64,000 nucleotides of DNA from an uncultured Bacteroidales bacterium (lineage in GTDB: Bacteria > Bacteroidota > Bacteroidia > Bacteroidales > Muribaculaceae): assembly GCA_900552315.1 (NCBI GenBank), contig URZM01000001.1:1104-65103 (forward strand). The letters are read 5' to 3'. Below the pieces are notes generated by a model. That model did not search any database. It saw only the letters and a program-made list of their open reading frames with translations, and had not been told where the DNA came from. Positions 8,979 through 18,775 of the stretch are shown here, piece by piece. The stretch's first letter is position 1. The number at the start of each line of letters is the position of its first letter. The translations under genes and the position numbers were made by a program.

Positions 8979-9707
8979 ATGGAAAACATGGATTTCAGCG
9001 GAATCAAGGGAATTATTTTAGATTACGGCGGCACCATAGACTCCAAGGGAGACCACTGGAGCCACGTCATCTGGAACGCATATCAGCGTGCCGGAGTCAT
9101 GGTGGAGCATGAGGCGTTTCGTGACGCATACGTGTACGCGGAGCGCGAGCTGGCCCGCACGCTCCACATATTGCCCCATCATGACTTTCACGACCTGCTT
9201 CTCATAAAGATGCGCATAGAGCTGCAATACCTGGCCGACGGGCAGTTCTTCCCCCCGGAGCAGGTAGAGGCCAAGGCCCGCGAGGTGGCGCGCTACTGCT
9301 ACGAAACGGCCCGCGACTGCATCGAGGAGGCGCGTCCTGTGCTGGAGGAGCTGCACCGGCGCTTCCCGATGGTGCTGGTCTCCAATTTCTACGGCAATGT
9401 GGAGGCTGTGCTCAAGGATTTCGACCTGCTGCGCTATTTCGACAAGGTCATAGAGAGCGCCGTGGTGGGCGTGCGCAAGCCCGACCCTCGCATTTTCCAG
9501 CTCGGCCTCAAGGCGCTCGGCATGCCTGCCCGGGAGGTCCTGGTGGTCGGAGACAGTTACCGCAAGGACATAGAACCGGCCATGTCGCTCGGATGCGCCA
9601 CCCTGTGGCTGAAGGGCAAGGGATGGGATAGCGATGATGAGGATAAGCTTCCCGCGAATGTTATCGGCCAGCTGGGCGATGTGCTCGCTTTCCTTGAGGG
9701 AGCCTGA
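8979..9707 (+). CDS. HAD-family hydrolase/phosphatase
   Basis: LDYGGTID, VSN, KPDPRIF and VGDSYRKD motifs. Confidence 0.88.
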   Translation: MENMDFSGIKGIILDYGGTIDSKGDHWSHVIWNAYQRAGVMVEHEAFRDAYVYAERELARTLHILPHHDFHDLLLIKMRIELQYLADGQFFPPEQVEAKAREVARYCYETARDCIEEARPVLEELHRRFPMVLVSNFYGNVEAVLKDFDLLRYFDKVIESAVVGVRKPDPRIFQLGLKALGMPAREVLVVGDSYRKDIEPAMSLGCATLWLKGKGWDSDDEDKLPANVIGQLGDVLAFLEGA

Positions 9708-10017
9708 CATTGTCTCTTGTCTGTCCTGTAACGTATGGAGGGGATAATCACTGAAAGCCCTGTTAACGATTATTAACATATTATGCGTGTATAGGGTTGC
9801 AATACAATTGAATTTAAGATATTTTAACTATTTTAACAATATTTCACGTATAGATTATAAAGTTTTTTAAAAAATTCCTTTTATATATCCGAAAAAGGAT
9901 ATAATTTTACACCCAAATTCCTTACGGCTTCATCATGTCGTGGCGGATTATGGTGGATGCCGCCATGAGGCGTCCCGTGAATTGACTATAAAACAACAAC
10001 ATAACTATTCTAAATCT

Positions 10018-11346
10018 ATGGAAGGAAAAGTAGCTGAGAAGCCCAATGGCAAATTAGGCGTTCTCGTGGTTGGTAACGGCGCGGTCGCTACCACATTCAT
10101 GACCGGTGTGCTCATGACGCGCAAAGGTCTCGCGAAGCCGGTCGGCTCCATGACTCAGTATGACAAGATCCGTGTAGGTCGCGGCGAAAACAAGAAATAT
10201 CTCCACTATAAAGACATCGTGCCTCTGGCAGACCTCAACGACATCGTATTCGGCACCTGGGACGTATATCCCGCCAACGCATACGAGTCCGCGCTCAACG
10301 CCGAAGTCCTGAAAGAGAAGGACATCGAGCCTGTGAAGGAGGAGCTTATGGCCATCAAGCCCATGAAGGCCGCTTTCGACAAGAACTACGCCAAGCGTCT
10401 GGATGGCGACAACACCATGGGCGACATCACCCGTTGGCAGATGGTGGAGAACCTGCGCGAGGATATCCGCAATTTCAAGAAAGAGACCGGCGTGGATCGC
10501 GTGGTTGTGCTCTGGGCCGCTTCTACCGAGGTTTATGTGCCCGTAGACGAGAAGATACACGGCACCGAGGCCGCCATGGTGGAGGCCATGAAGGCTGACG
10601 ACCGCGAACATATAGCTCCCTCAATGTGCTATGCTTACGCTGCGCTGCTCGAGGGATGCCCCTTCATCATGGGCGCGCCCAACACCACCGTCGATTTCCC
10701 CGCCATGTGGGAGGTGGCCGAGAGGACGAAAATGCCTATCGCAGGCAAGGATTTCAAGACCGGCCAGACCCTGGTGAAGTCCGGTTTCGCACCCATCATC
10801 GGCACTCGCTGCCTGGGCCTGAATGGATGGTTCTCCACAAACATACTGGGCAACCGCGACGGCCTCGTGCTCGACGAGCCCGCCAATTTCCGCACGAAAG
10901 AGGTCTCCAAGCTCTCGACCCTGGAATCCATCCTCGTGCCTGAGGACCAGCCGGACCTCTACGCACACGGAAACGACGAGGACACGCAGTACTACCACAA
11001 GGTGCGCATCAACTACTATCCTCCCCGCAACGACAACAAGGAGGGATGGGACAACATCGACATCTTCGGCTGGATGGGCTATCCCATGCAGATAAAGATC
11101 AATTTCCTGTGCCGCGACTCCATCTTGGCAGCTCCCCTCTGCCTTGACCTGGTGCTCCTTTCCGACCTCGCCGCCCGCGCAGGCCGCTACGGCACGCAGC
11201 GCTTCCTCTCCTTCTTCCTCAAGAGCCCCATGCACGACTACACCCAGGGCGAGGTGCCTGTGAACCACCTCTTCCAGCAGTACGTGATGCTCAAGAACGC
11301 CATCCGCGAGATGGGCGGATACGAGGCAGACGAGGAGATCGACTGA
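10018..11346 (+). CDS. ino1: myo-inositol-1-phosphate synthase
   Basis: GNGAVATT, LWAASTE, GKDFKTGQT, NILGNRDG, RDSILAAP and SFFLKSP motifs. Confidence 0.95.
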   Translation: MEGKVAEKPNGKLGVLVVGNGAVATTFMTGVLMTRKGLAKPVGSMTQYDKIRVGRGENKKYLHYKDIVPLADLNDIVFGTWDVYPANAYESALNAEVLKEKDIEPVKEELMAIKPMKAAFDKNYAKRLDGDNTMGDITRWQMVENLREDIRNFKKETGVDRVVVLWAASTEVYVPVDEKIHGTEAAMVEAMKADDREHIAPSMCYAYAALLEGCPFIMGAPNTTVDFPAMWEVAERTKMPIAGKDFKTGQTLVKSGFAPIIGTRCLGLNGWFSTNILGNRDGLVLDEPANFRTKEVSKLSTLESILVPEDQPDLYAHGNDEDTQYYHKVRINYYPPRNDNKEGWDNIDIFGWMGYPMQIKINFLCRDSILAAPLCLDLVLLSDLAARAGRYGTQRFLSFFLKSPMHDYTQGEVPVNHLFQQYVMLKNAIREMGGYEADEEID

Positions 11347-11370
11347 TTCAATACCCCCACAAAGCATATC

Positions 11371-11406
11371 GACGCATCCACGGCTTTTGCCGTGGATGCG
11401 TCTTTC
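11371..11406 (+). terminator. Intrinsic terminator of ino1
   Basis: Perfect 14-bp stem gacgcatccacggc-tttt-gccgtggatgcgtc followed by tttc. Confidence 0.8.
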
Positions 11407-11574
11407 TTATGGCTGATTCATGGCGCGATTTTGTATGTAAAGTGGATTTTTAGTATATTTGCAGCACGATATATCTTGGATTGCGGAATCAGGGATGTCC
11501 GAATCCTATGTTTATTCTGTTTATAACGCTGTATCTGCATAAACAATTTATTTTACCAATTAATTATCAAGACG

Positions 11575-12954
11575 ATGAAAGAAATTGAAGAGAAGACGAT
11601 GATGGCCGCTCCCGCTGCAAAGGCGAAGCGAAGCCGTTTCCTAAAGGCGATGGCCTGTGTCGCGGCCTTGGCCGTGTCGTTTCCCGCTGCCGGCCTGGCT
11701 CAGGACAAGGCGGACGACGGGGTGGTGTACGATCTGGACATTATCGAGACATTCCCCCCCGTAGGTGCCGTAGACATGACGACTGTGACATGGGACGTGA
11801 CTCTGGTCACATGGTCGCACGACTACAATTACCGTCCGGGGGCGCGTGTGAGCCTGGCCAATGCCAAAGGGACGTACGACAAGGAAGGCCCGCTGGAGGA
11901 CTCCTCCGAGACGGCAGACTTGCGTACGGTAAAGCTTATCCATGGACCCGAGCCGAGCGAGAACGGCACTTATACCCTTACGATACCCCAAGGCTCCTTC
12001 GGCGACGCCGCCTGGCTCGCTGACCCTGCGAAAGGACACTCCAACCCTGAGATAAAGGTCGTGTGGCGCGTCTATAACGCGGCCGGCACAACCGCCGCGT
12101 ATGACGTGGAGGTGCTTTCCACCTCGCCTGCCGACAAGGGCACGGCAGATATAGGGTCCTCTCCCTTCAAGCTGACCGTCACAGGTCCCGGAGAGCTTGG
12201 TTACATAGACGGTGTCTACGCCACCTTGGTCAATGCGGAGTCGCACTACGAAGGCAAGGTGCGCTTTACATCTGCTGCCGATAAAGACGGCAACACAGTC
12301 TTCTCCACTGCCGTGACCCCTGAGATTACCCGCAACGGCACCTACACCCTCTCTATTCCCGAGGGTATGTTCGGCGACCTCCCTTTTGCAGCCGACAGCT
12401 CCGAGGGGCACGGCAACGTACCTTACACCATGAGCTTTGAGGTGACAGGAGGTCTGCCCCCCAAAGGCCCCGTGGAGTATGACCTGGTGCCTGAGGTGAC
12501 CCCCGCCAACGGCTCCACCGTAAGCTACGATGAGGTGAAATACCTCCTGTTCGTCTTCCCGGAGGGAACTGACTGGGTCAACGAGAACGATGCAAAGGCC
12601 ATCTTGCGTTGCCAGCCGGCAAACTTTTTCGGCACCGCTCTCTTCCGTCGTCTCGAGGACGCTCCCGGCACCTTCTACCTAAAGTTCGGCAACAAGGTGT
12701 ACCGTGACGGTGAATATTCGCTCGTCTTGAACAAGGGCATATTCATGGATGCCGACCAAGAACACTCCAACCCGGAGATTACCTACATCTGGAACGTGGT
12801 CGCCTCCACGGGCATAGACGGAGTGGAGTCCGAAGAGGATGCCGTCCCCGGCGTGTATGACCTCAACGGCGTATACATGGGCGCCGACGCCAAGGGTCTC
12901 CCCGCAGGCGTGTACGTGGTGAAGGGCAATAAGGTCCTGGTCACCGGAAAGTGA
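11575..12954 (+). CDS. Secreted protein with three Ig-like repeats and a T9SS C-terminal sorting domain
   Basis: Signal peptide; repeats of YD-x-P...G-x-Y-x-L-x-IP-x-G-x-F...HSNPEI; C-terminus GIDGV...VYDLNG...LPAGVYVVKGNKVLV; TATATTTG promoter at 11454-11461. Confidence 0.75.
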   Translation: MKEIEEKTMMAAPAAKAKRSRFLKAMACVAALAVSFPAAGLAQDKADDGVVYDLDIIETFPPVGAVDMTTVTWDVTLVTWSHDYNYRPGARVSLANAKGTYDKEGPLEDSSETADLRTVKLIHGPEPSENGTYTLTIPQGSFGDAAWLADPAKGHSNPEIKVVWRVYNAAGTTAAYDVEVLSTSPADKGTADIGSSPFKLTVTGPGELGYIDGVYATLVNAESHYEGKVRFTSAADKDGNTVFSTAVTPEITRNGTYTLSIPEGMFGDLPFAADSSEGHGNVPYTMSFEVTGGLPPKGPVEYDLVPEVTPANGSTVSYDEVKYLLFVFPEGTDWVNENDAKAILRCQPANFFGTALFRRLEDAPGTFYLKFGNKVYRDGEYSLVLNKGIFMDADQEHSNPEITYIWNVVASTGIDGVESEEDAVPGVYDLNGVYMGADAKGLPAGVYVVKGNKVLVTGK

Positions 12955-12983
12955 TTCGGCTCGCACAGGCGCAATTATACTAT

Positions 12984-13017
12984 AAAGGCGCGCGGCCCCC
13001 CGGGCCGTGCGCCTTTT
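12984..13017. terminator. Bidirectional intrinsic terminator between convergent genes
   Basis: aaaggcgcgcggccc...gggccgtgcgcctttt. Confidence 0.75.
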
Positions 13018-13035
13018 GCATGTTTATGTGCCTCG

Positions 13036-14079
13036 TCAGGCTATCGTGGCGCGTACCACGAAGAAACTGAGCACCCCGATGATGATCCAGAGCATGATAG
13101 CCAGGACGAGCGGTTTGGCGCCGACCTTGCGCACCACCGCCAGCGACAGGCTCGCGCCTATGGCGAAGAGCACGAGCACGAGGGCCTTCTTGGCGCACCA
13201 CACTATGCCTGCGTAGAAGCCCTGAATCTCCGGCAGGATATGTCCGGTATGGATGAACGACGTATGGGCCGAGAGCCAGTCCAGTACGGCAGGGGTGTAG
13301 GTGTTGATGATCATGGCCAGGATGAAATAGAAGATAAACCAGGGAATGTTGACCTTCCGCTTCTCGCCCGGGGCGCTGTTGGCCTTTTCCTTCCTTCCGA
13401 AATACCACATGGTGAAGAATGCCAGCGGGATTATCCACAGCGCGCGGGTGCATTTGATGAGAGTGGCTATCTCGCAGGCCTCAGGGCCGTATGCGTCACC
13501 GGCGCCGACCACCGACGAGGTGTCGTGGATGGCGATGGCCGCCCAGGTGCCGAACTGGGTCTGGCTCATCTCGAAATAATGGCCCAAAGGAGGGAAGACA
13601 AACAGCGCTATGGCGTTGAGTATGAAGATGACCCCGAGGCTCACGGCCATCTCATGCTCGTTGGCCTTGACCACTGGCCCTACAGCGGCTATGGCGCTCC
13701 CGCCGCAGATGGCCGTGCCCGAAGAGATGAGATAGCTGCTCTTCGCGTTGATGTTCATCACTCCGGCCACCATGACTACCACCACCGACACCACGGTGAA
13801 TATCATGCCGTCCGCGCCGCTCTTCAGCGAGTCGAGCAGATTCATGCCGAAACCCAGCCCCACTACGGAAATCTGTAGCAGATACTTGGACAGCTTTTTG
13901 TTGAATTTGGGGCATGGCGTGCCGAACACGAAGGCGAACATCAATCCCAGGAACAAGGCGATGGCGGGGGTGATGAGCGGGTCTCCGGCTTCCGAAAACA
14001 ATTCGAAGGGAATCACCATCAGTACCAGCATAAACCAGTAGAGGTTCTTGCCCAGTTGCTTCATTGTTAACTTTGACAT
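13036..14079 (-). CDS. YeiH/putative sulfate exporter family membrane protein
   Basis: GTAICGGSAIAA, AIHDTSSVVGAG and KCTRALWI motifs. Confidence 0.9.
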   Translation of the reverse strand: MSKLTMKQLGKNLYWFMLVLMVIPFELFSEAGDPLITPAIALFLGLMFAFVFGTPCPKFNKKLSKYLLQISVVGLGFGMNLLDSLKSGADGMIFTVVSVVVVMVAGVMNINAKSSYLISSGTAICGGSAIAAVGPVVKANEHEMAVSLGVIFILNAIALFVFPPLGHYFEMSQTQFGTWAAIAIHDTSSVVGAGDAYGPEACEIATLIKCTRALWIIPLAFFTMWYFGRKEKANSAPGEKRKVNIPWFIFYFILAMIINTYTPAVLDWLSAHTSFIHTGHILPEIQGFYAGIVWCAKKALVLVLFAIGASLSLAVVRKVGAKPLVLAIMLWIIIGVLSFFVVRATIA

Positions 14080-14094
14080 ATACTTATTTTATGT

Positions 14095-15549
14095 TTAGGA
14101 ATGATTCTTCTTGAGTATGTATGCCCGGGCCTCTTTCAGCACCGGGTCACGCATCAGGGCAAGTGTGCCCAGATATATCAGCGCCCCTGAGATGGCCTGG
14201 GCGGCGAGCACAAGCGGCGCTTGGCTGAACACGCCCTCTATGAGCCACGCGCCTCCCATGGCGGCCACGGTGAGCATGAAGTACAGCCCCATGCCGGATG
14301 TAAGGGTGCGCGCGCTGTAGCCGGTGGAGCGTGCGGTGAGGCACAGCACGGCCAGCCAGGTCACGGCTCCCGCCGCCAGCTGCCCCCACACCAGCATCTC
14401 GACTGAGTGCAGCCATACGGTGGCCGCTATGGCCGCCAAGGTCGCCAGATCCTTGACTGCCTCGACGAGCACAAGAGTGCGGGCATAGCCCAGCGAGAGC
14501 AGGTAGTTGGCGTATAGCGAGCATATCACCGTGAGCGTGCCCCGGGCCACAAGTATCTGGAACAGGATGACGGCAGAGTCCCACTTTGTGCCGAACAGGG
14601 TGTGGAATATTGCCGGAGCCATCACGGCCAGCGCGCCCATGAAGGGGAAAAGCATGAAGGCCGTCAGACGGTTCACTTTCAGCAAAGTGATTCGGTATTG
14701 CTCGCTGTCGTCCTGGAAGCGTGAGAGCAGCGGCACGAAAGTGGCCGTGATGATTTGGGACAGGCTCGCGCTCCCCATCTTGCTCCACTTGTCGGCCTGT
14801 GTGTAGTCTCCCAGGGCGGTGAGGCTGTACCACACGCCGATCACGAAAGAATATATGTTGAGGAAGATGGTGTTGAGCAGAGAGCTCGTGAAGACTCCGG
14901 CTCCTACACGGTATATGCTTTTCAGCGACTCAATGGAGAAACAGGGCATCGGTCGCCATTTCCCGGCCATCCACAGCCAGAGGGTGCGTATCGAGGCCAG
15001 GATGATTGTCTGCCACACGAGAGCCCATGCACCGAAGCCTGCCAGGGCAAGCCAGATGCCGGCGCCACCGCTCACGGCAAGACCCGTCAGGTTGGAGACC
15101 GCGATGCGTTTCACGGTCATGGATTTCATCAGCAGGTTCGTCTGGACTATGCCGAGCCCGTTGATTATGAAACTCAGGAACATCACCCGGCTGAGGGGGA
15201 TGAGACGCGGATCGTCCTGAAACAGGCTCGACAAGGCCGGCGCACAGAAAAAGAGCGCGACATATAGCCCGCACGACATCATCAGGTTGAACCAGAATAC
15301 CGTGCTGTAATCCTTGTCGGTGGGTTGCTTCTTCTGGAGCAGCGCGCTCCCGAAACCGCTGTCGACGAAAATGGTGGCGAAAGCCTGGAACACGAGGATG
15401 GCTCCCACCAGGCCGAAATCCTCTTTTGGCAGCACGTTGGCCAGGATAACGCCTGTGACGGCATACAGCACCTGCGAGGAAAAGCGGTCTATGCTGTTCC
15501 ATTTCAGTGTGCGCGCCGTGCGCAGTTTCAGGTCGGGCTCGTGCGGCAT
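14095..15549 (-). CDS. Wzx-type polysaccharide flippase (MOP superfamily)
   Basis: L-P-x-DFGLVG...FVDSGFGSALLQ...YSTVFWFN; many TM segments; LFGTKW. Confidence 0.85.
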   Translation of the reverse strand: MPHEPDLKLRTARTLKWNSIDRFSSQVLYAVTGVILANVLPKEDFGLVGAILVFQAFATIFVDSGFGSALLQKKQPTDKDYSTVFWFNLMMSCGLYVALFFCAPALSSLFQDDPRLIPLSRVMFLSFIINGLGIVQTNLLMKSMTVKRIAVSNLTGLAVSGGAGIWLALAGFGAWALVWQTIILASIRTLWLWMAGKWRPMPCFSIESLKSIYRVGAGVFTSSLLNTIFLNIYSFVIGVWYSLTALGDYTQADKWSKMGSASLSQIITATFVPLLSRFQDDSEQYRITLLKVNRLTAFMLFPFMGALAVMAPAIFHTLFGTKWDSAVILFQILVARGTLTVICSLYANYLLSLGYARTLVLVEAVKDLATLAAIAATVWLHSVEMLVWGQLAAGAVTWLAVLCLTARSTGYSARTLTSGMGLYFMLTVAAMGGAWLIEGVFSQAPLVLAAQAISGALIYLGTLALMRDPVLKEARAYILKKNHS

Positions 15550-15580
15550 GGGTTGATGTCAGGTTGGGAAATGAAGGAGG

Positions 15581-16279
15581 TCAGTCGCCTACGTGTACCA
15601 GCTTCCCGATTCCTTGTTTCTTGATTTTGGCCGGCCTGCCGCTGTAGTAGACAGTGGTGGAGCCGAGTCCTTTCAGTTTCAGTTCCTCTTTGGGACGGCA
15701 ATGTATCTCGCCGCCGCCGAATACATGGCAGCTCACTTTATCCGCTTCAAGCCCGCTGGCGTCTATATGGCCCGTGCCGGCCAGCTTGAACAGTGCGTTG
15801 CTGGCATTCCCATCTATCTTTATGAGGCCATGTCCTGTCATGAGCGCCGCCGTGAGCTTGTTCAGGTTCATGCCGCAGAGTTCTATGGTGCCGTTGCCGA
15901 AGAGCACGGCCTTGAACTCCGGAGAGCGGGCCAGGCTCTTTATCACTACCTTGTTCTCCGATGAGGACTCGACCTCGGTCAGGAACTCGGAGAATACGTA
16001 TATGGTAGGATAATCCAGGTTCTTGCCGATGAAATCGGCCGAAAGCTGTACTTTCAGCTTGCCGTCACCGGTGTTGGTGAACATCAGTGCGTCGGCCATG
16101 GAGTCCTCACATTCGAATCGGGCAGTGCCGGACTTGGCTTGGTCGCACTCATACACTACATTGAGATTGTCAGGTACGTTGAGCTTGTTGAACTCCCCGG
16201 TCTTCACCTCATAAACACGGGCTGAAGCCGCCAAGGCTCCGCATAGAGCCATCAGGAATAGGTAAAAAATACGTTTCAT
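15581..16279 (-). CDS. GIN-domain (DUF2807, adhesin head-like) protein
   Basis: Signal peptide; beta-repeat G-x-G-x-I units and GSTTVYYSGRP. Confidence 0.75.
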   Translation of the reverse strand: MKRIFYLFLMALCGALAASARVYEVKTGEFNKLNVPDNLNVVYECDQAKSGTARFECEDSMADALMFTNTGDGKLKVQLSADFIGKNLDYPTIYVFSEFLTEVESSSENKVVIKSLARSPEFKAVLFGNGTIELCGMNLNKLTAALMTGHGLIKIDGNASNALFKLAGTGHIDASGLEADKVSCHVFGGGEIHCRPKEELKLKGLGSTTVYYSGRPAKIKKQGIGKLVHVGD

Positions 16280-16350
16280 ATAGCTTCGTTGTTTATAAGT
16301 GTTAACTATCGCGACTTTGCCTTTGTTGCGCTGTCGGACATTTCGACCAA

Positions 16351-17340
16351 TTATTCGGTGATACCTAAGAATTTCTCGGCTATTTCATCGAGTATGGAGT
16401 TCAGGTCCTTCAACGTGTCGGCGCGAAGCATCCTTATGCGCGTCTCCCTGAAATCCGGTATACCTTTGAACAATGGCGTGGCGGCCAGATGACGCCTTAT
16501 GTGAAGGATGCCCCGGTATTCGTCTATCCGCTCCACGCTCTCGTCTATCTGGCGCCGGATCATGGCGAGCTTGTCCGATGTCGGGAGTGGTGTATAGGAG
16601 CCGCTGTCGAGATATTGGCGTATGTCGTGGAAAATCCAGGGTGCCCCGATAGCGGCACGTCCCACCATTATGCCGTCCACGCCGTAGCGCTCGAAATGCT
16701 CGGACGCCTGTTCCGGGGTGGTGATGTCGCCGTTGCCTATCAAGGGAATCCTGAAATCCGGATTCCTCCTCAGTTCCCCTATAAGGGTCCAGTCGGCCTG
16801 CCCGGTGTACATCTGGCTGCGTGTGCGGCCATGAACGGTCAGGGCGCGGATGCCGCAGTCTTGCAGCTTCGGACCCAGTTCGGTGATTATCTTATGTTCG
16901 CAGTCCCAGCCAAGGCGCGTCTTCACGGTGACGGGGATATTCACCGCCTCCACCACCCGGCGGGTGATGTCGAGGAGCTTTGGTATGTCGCGCAGCATGC
17001 CGCTACCTGCCCCTTTGGCCGCCACCTTCTTCACCGGACACCCGAAATTGATGTCCAGTATGTCCGGACCTGCCTGCTCGACTATCTTGGCGGCGTCAAC
17101 CATGGCTTCCGGTTCGCGACCGTAAATCTGTATGGCCACGGGGCGTTCGGAGTCGTTGATGCACAGCTTGCGGGTGGTGGACGCTATGTCCCGCACCAAT
17201 GCCTCTGCTGACACGAACTCGGTGTAAACGCACGAGGCCCCCATCTCTCGGCATATGAGACGGAACGAAGGGTCGGTGACATCCTCCATGGGAGCCAGGG
17301 ACACCGGGCGTTCGCCAAGTTCTATATCGCCTATCTTCAT
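16351..17340 (-). CDS. dusB: tRNA-dihydrouridine synthase B
   Basis: LAPMEDVTD, DINFGCPVKKV, HGRTR and GNGDI motifs. Confidence 0.93.
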   Translation of the reverse strand: MKIGDIELGERPVSLAPMEDVTDPSFRLICREMGASCVYTEFVSAEALVRDIASTTRKLCINDSERPVAIQIYGREPEAMVDAAKIVEQAGPDILDINFGCPVKKVAAKGAGSGMLRDIPKLLDITRRVVEAVNIPVTVKTRLGWDCEHKIITELGPKLQDCGIRALTVHGRTRSQMYTGQADWTLIGELRRNPDFRIPLIGNGDITTPEQASEHFERYGVDGIMVGRAAIGAPWIFHDIRQYLDSGSYTPLPTSDKLAMIRRQIDESVERIDEYRGILHIRRHLAATPLFKGIPDFRETRIRMLRADTLKDLNSILDEIAEKFLGITE

Positions 17341-17359
17341 CGTATGGAGCGTGTATGGT

Positions 17360-18604
17360 TCAACATAAGGTGAGTGACGAGAGCCCGTTTTCGCAGATAA
17401 GCCGAGCCACGTCCGAGACTGCCTGGGGAGTCAGGGCGGCCAAGGCTGCTTTTGTGGTTTGTATGTCGAGCACTTTGTCATAATAGAGCAGTGACTTGCC
17501 GAGGTTCATGGCCTGGCTTTCGGCGTATGAGGCCGCCACCTGAAGCTGCCCGGAGTATTGGCGCACGGCGGCGTCGAAAACGCGCGGTTTCATCGGTGTC
17601 TCGGCCAGCCTCAGCAACTCCGAGCGGATTATGCGTTTGCAGGGCCTGATGTGCTCACGGTCACAGCCGAAATATACCTCGAAGAGCCCGCAGTCGCTGA
17701 GCAGCCCCACCATCGAGTCTACCGTATAGACATACCCCCGTTTGTCGCGAAGCTCCCTGTTCAGCACCGAGTTCATGGCCGGGCCTCCCAGATGGTTGTT
17801 CAGCAGAAACAGCGCGTAGCGTCTTTCATCAAGACGTCCGAACACACGTGAGCCCATGATGGTGTGGCATTGGTGCAGGCCCATGTCGCGTGTAAGGTCA
17901 AACGCTTCGGGCACGGGAGGCGTCACGAGCCGTCCGGGGCGTTCCGACGCGGGGGAGCGCCTCAGCGGTGAGAAATATTTTTCCATCAGCCTGAACGCTT
18001 TGGCGCAGGATGTTTCTCCTACGCAATATAGCACCATATCCGCCGGAGTGTAATATCTCTCCACGAACCGGCGGCAAGTGTCGCTCTCAAGCGCTTTCAC
18101 TGTCTGTGGCGTGCCGAGTATGTTGTGCCCAAGGCCGCTACCGGCATACATGAGGTCCTCGTATTCATCAAATATGGCTTCCGAAGGGGTGTCGAGATAT
18201 GAGTTGATCTCGTCTATCACCACATCCTTCTCCTTCTCCAGTTCTGTCGCAGGGAAAGTGCAACCGGTCACCAGGTCGGCCAGCAGGTCGAGGGCGCGTT
18301 CAAGATACCCCGGCGGAGCCACGGTATATATCATGGTCTCCTCTTTGGTGGTATAGGCGTTCAGCTCGCCCCCCACACATTCCATGCGTGACGATATGTG
18401 GTGGCTCTGACGCTTCTGGGTGCCTTTGAATATGGTATGCTCCACGAAATGCGCGAGTCCGGCTTCATCCGGGGCCTCGTCACGGGTACCGGCCCCCACA
18501 GCCAAGCCGCAATAGGTGACTCCGGGTCGCGGACGGAACACGCACCGCAAGCCGTTGGACAATCTCGTTATTTCATAATCGGTAAGACTCATGGGGTAGC
18601 TCAC
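17360..18604 (-). CDS. M16 family zinc peptidase
   Basis: GLAHFVEHTIFKGT (HXXEH) and GGELNAYTTKEET. Confidence 0.92.
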   Translation of the reverse strand: MSYPMSLTDYEITRLSNGLRCVFRPRPGVTYCGLAVGAGTRDEAPDEAGLAHFVEHTIFKGTQKRQSHHISSRMECVGGELNAYTTKEETMIYTVAPPGYLERALDLLADLVTGCTFPATELEKEKDVVIDEINSYLDTPSEAIFDEYEDLMYAGSGLGHNILGTPQTVKALESDTCRRFVERYYTPADMVLYCVGETSCAKAFRLMEKYFSPLRRSPASERPGRLVTPPVPEAFDLTRDMGLHQCHTIMGSRVFGRLDERRYALFLLNNHLGGPAMNSVLNRELRDKRGYVYTVDSMVGLLSDCGLFEVYFGCDREHIRPCKRIIRSELLRLAETPMKPRVFDAAVRQYSGQLQVAASYAESQAMNLGKSLLYYDKVLDIQTTKAALAALTPQAVSDVARLICENGLSSLTLC

Positions 18605-18775
18605 TGTTGTTTAACATGCAAATTTACTCCAAATTTCGCAAATCACAAAACCCGCGTGAAACCCGTGTGATCTGCCGTATTCTCATTACGGTTGGCGATG
18701 TCATGCTTTTTTCGTAACTTCGCGGCTGAGTGTGCGTTCAAGGATGCTCTCGTGATAATCTATATTTCTACTGTG

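Noticed and set aside
13740..13790. Apparently shortened TM segment in the YeiH protein (VAGV-MNINAK); similarly a short CTD end in 30204-30917
   Set aside because: The frame is intact and small in-frame indels cannot be judged without an alignment; not called pseudogenes.
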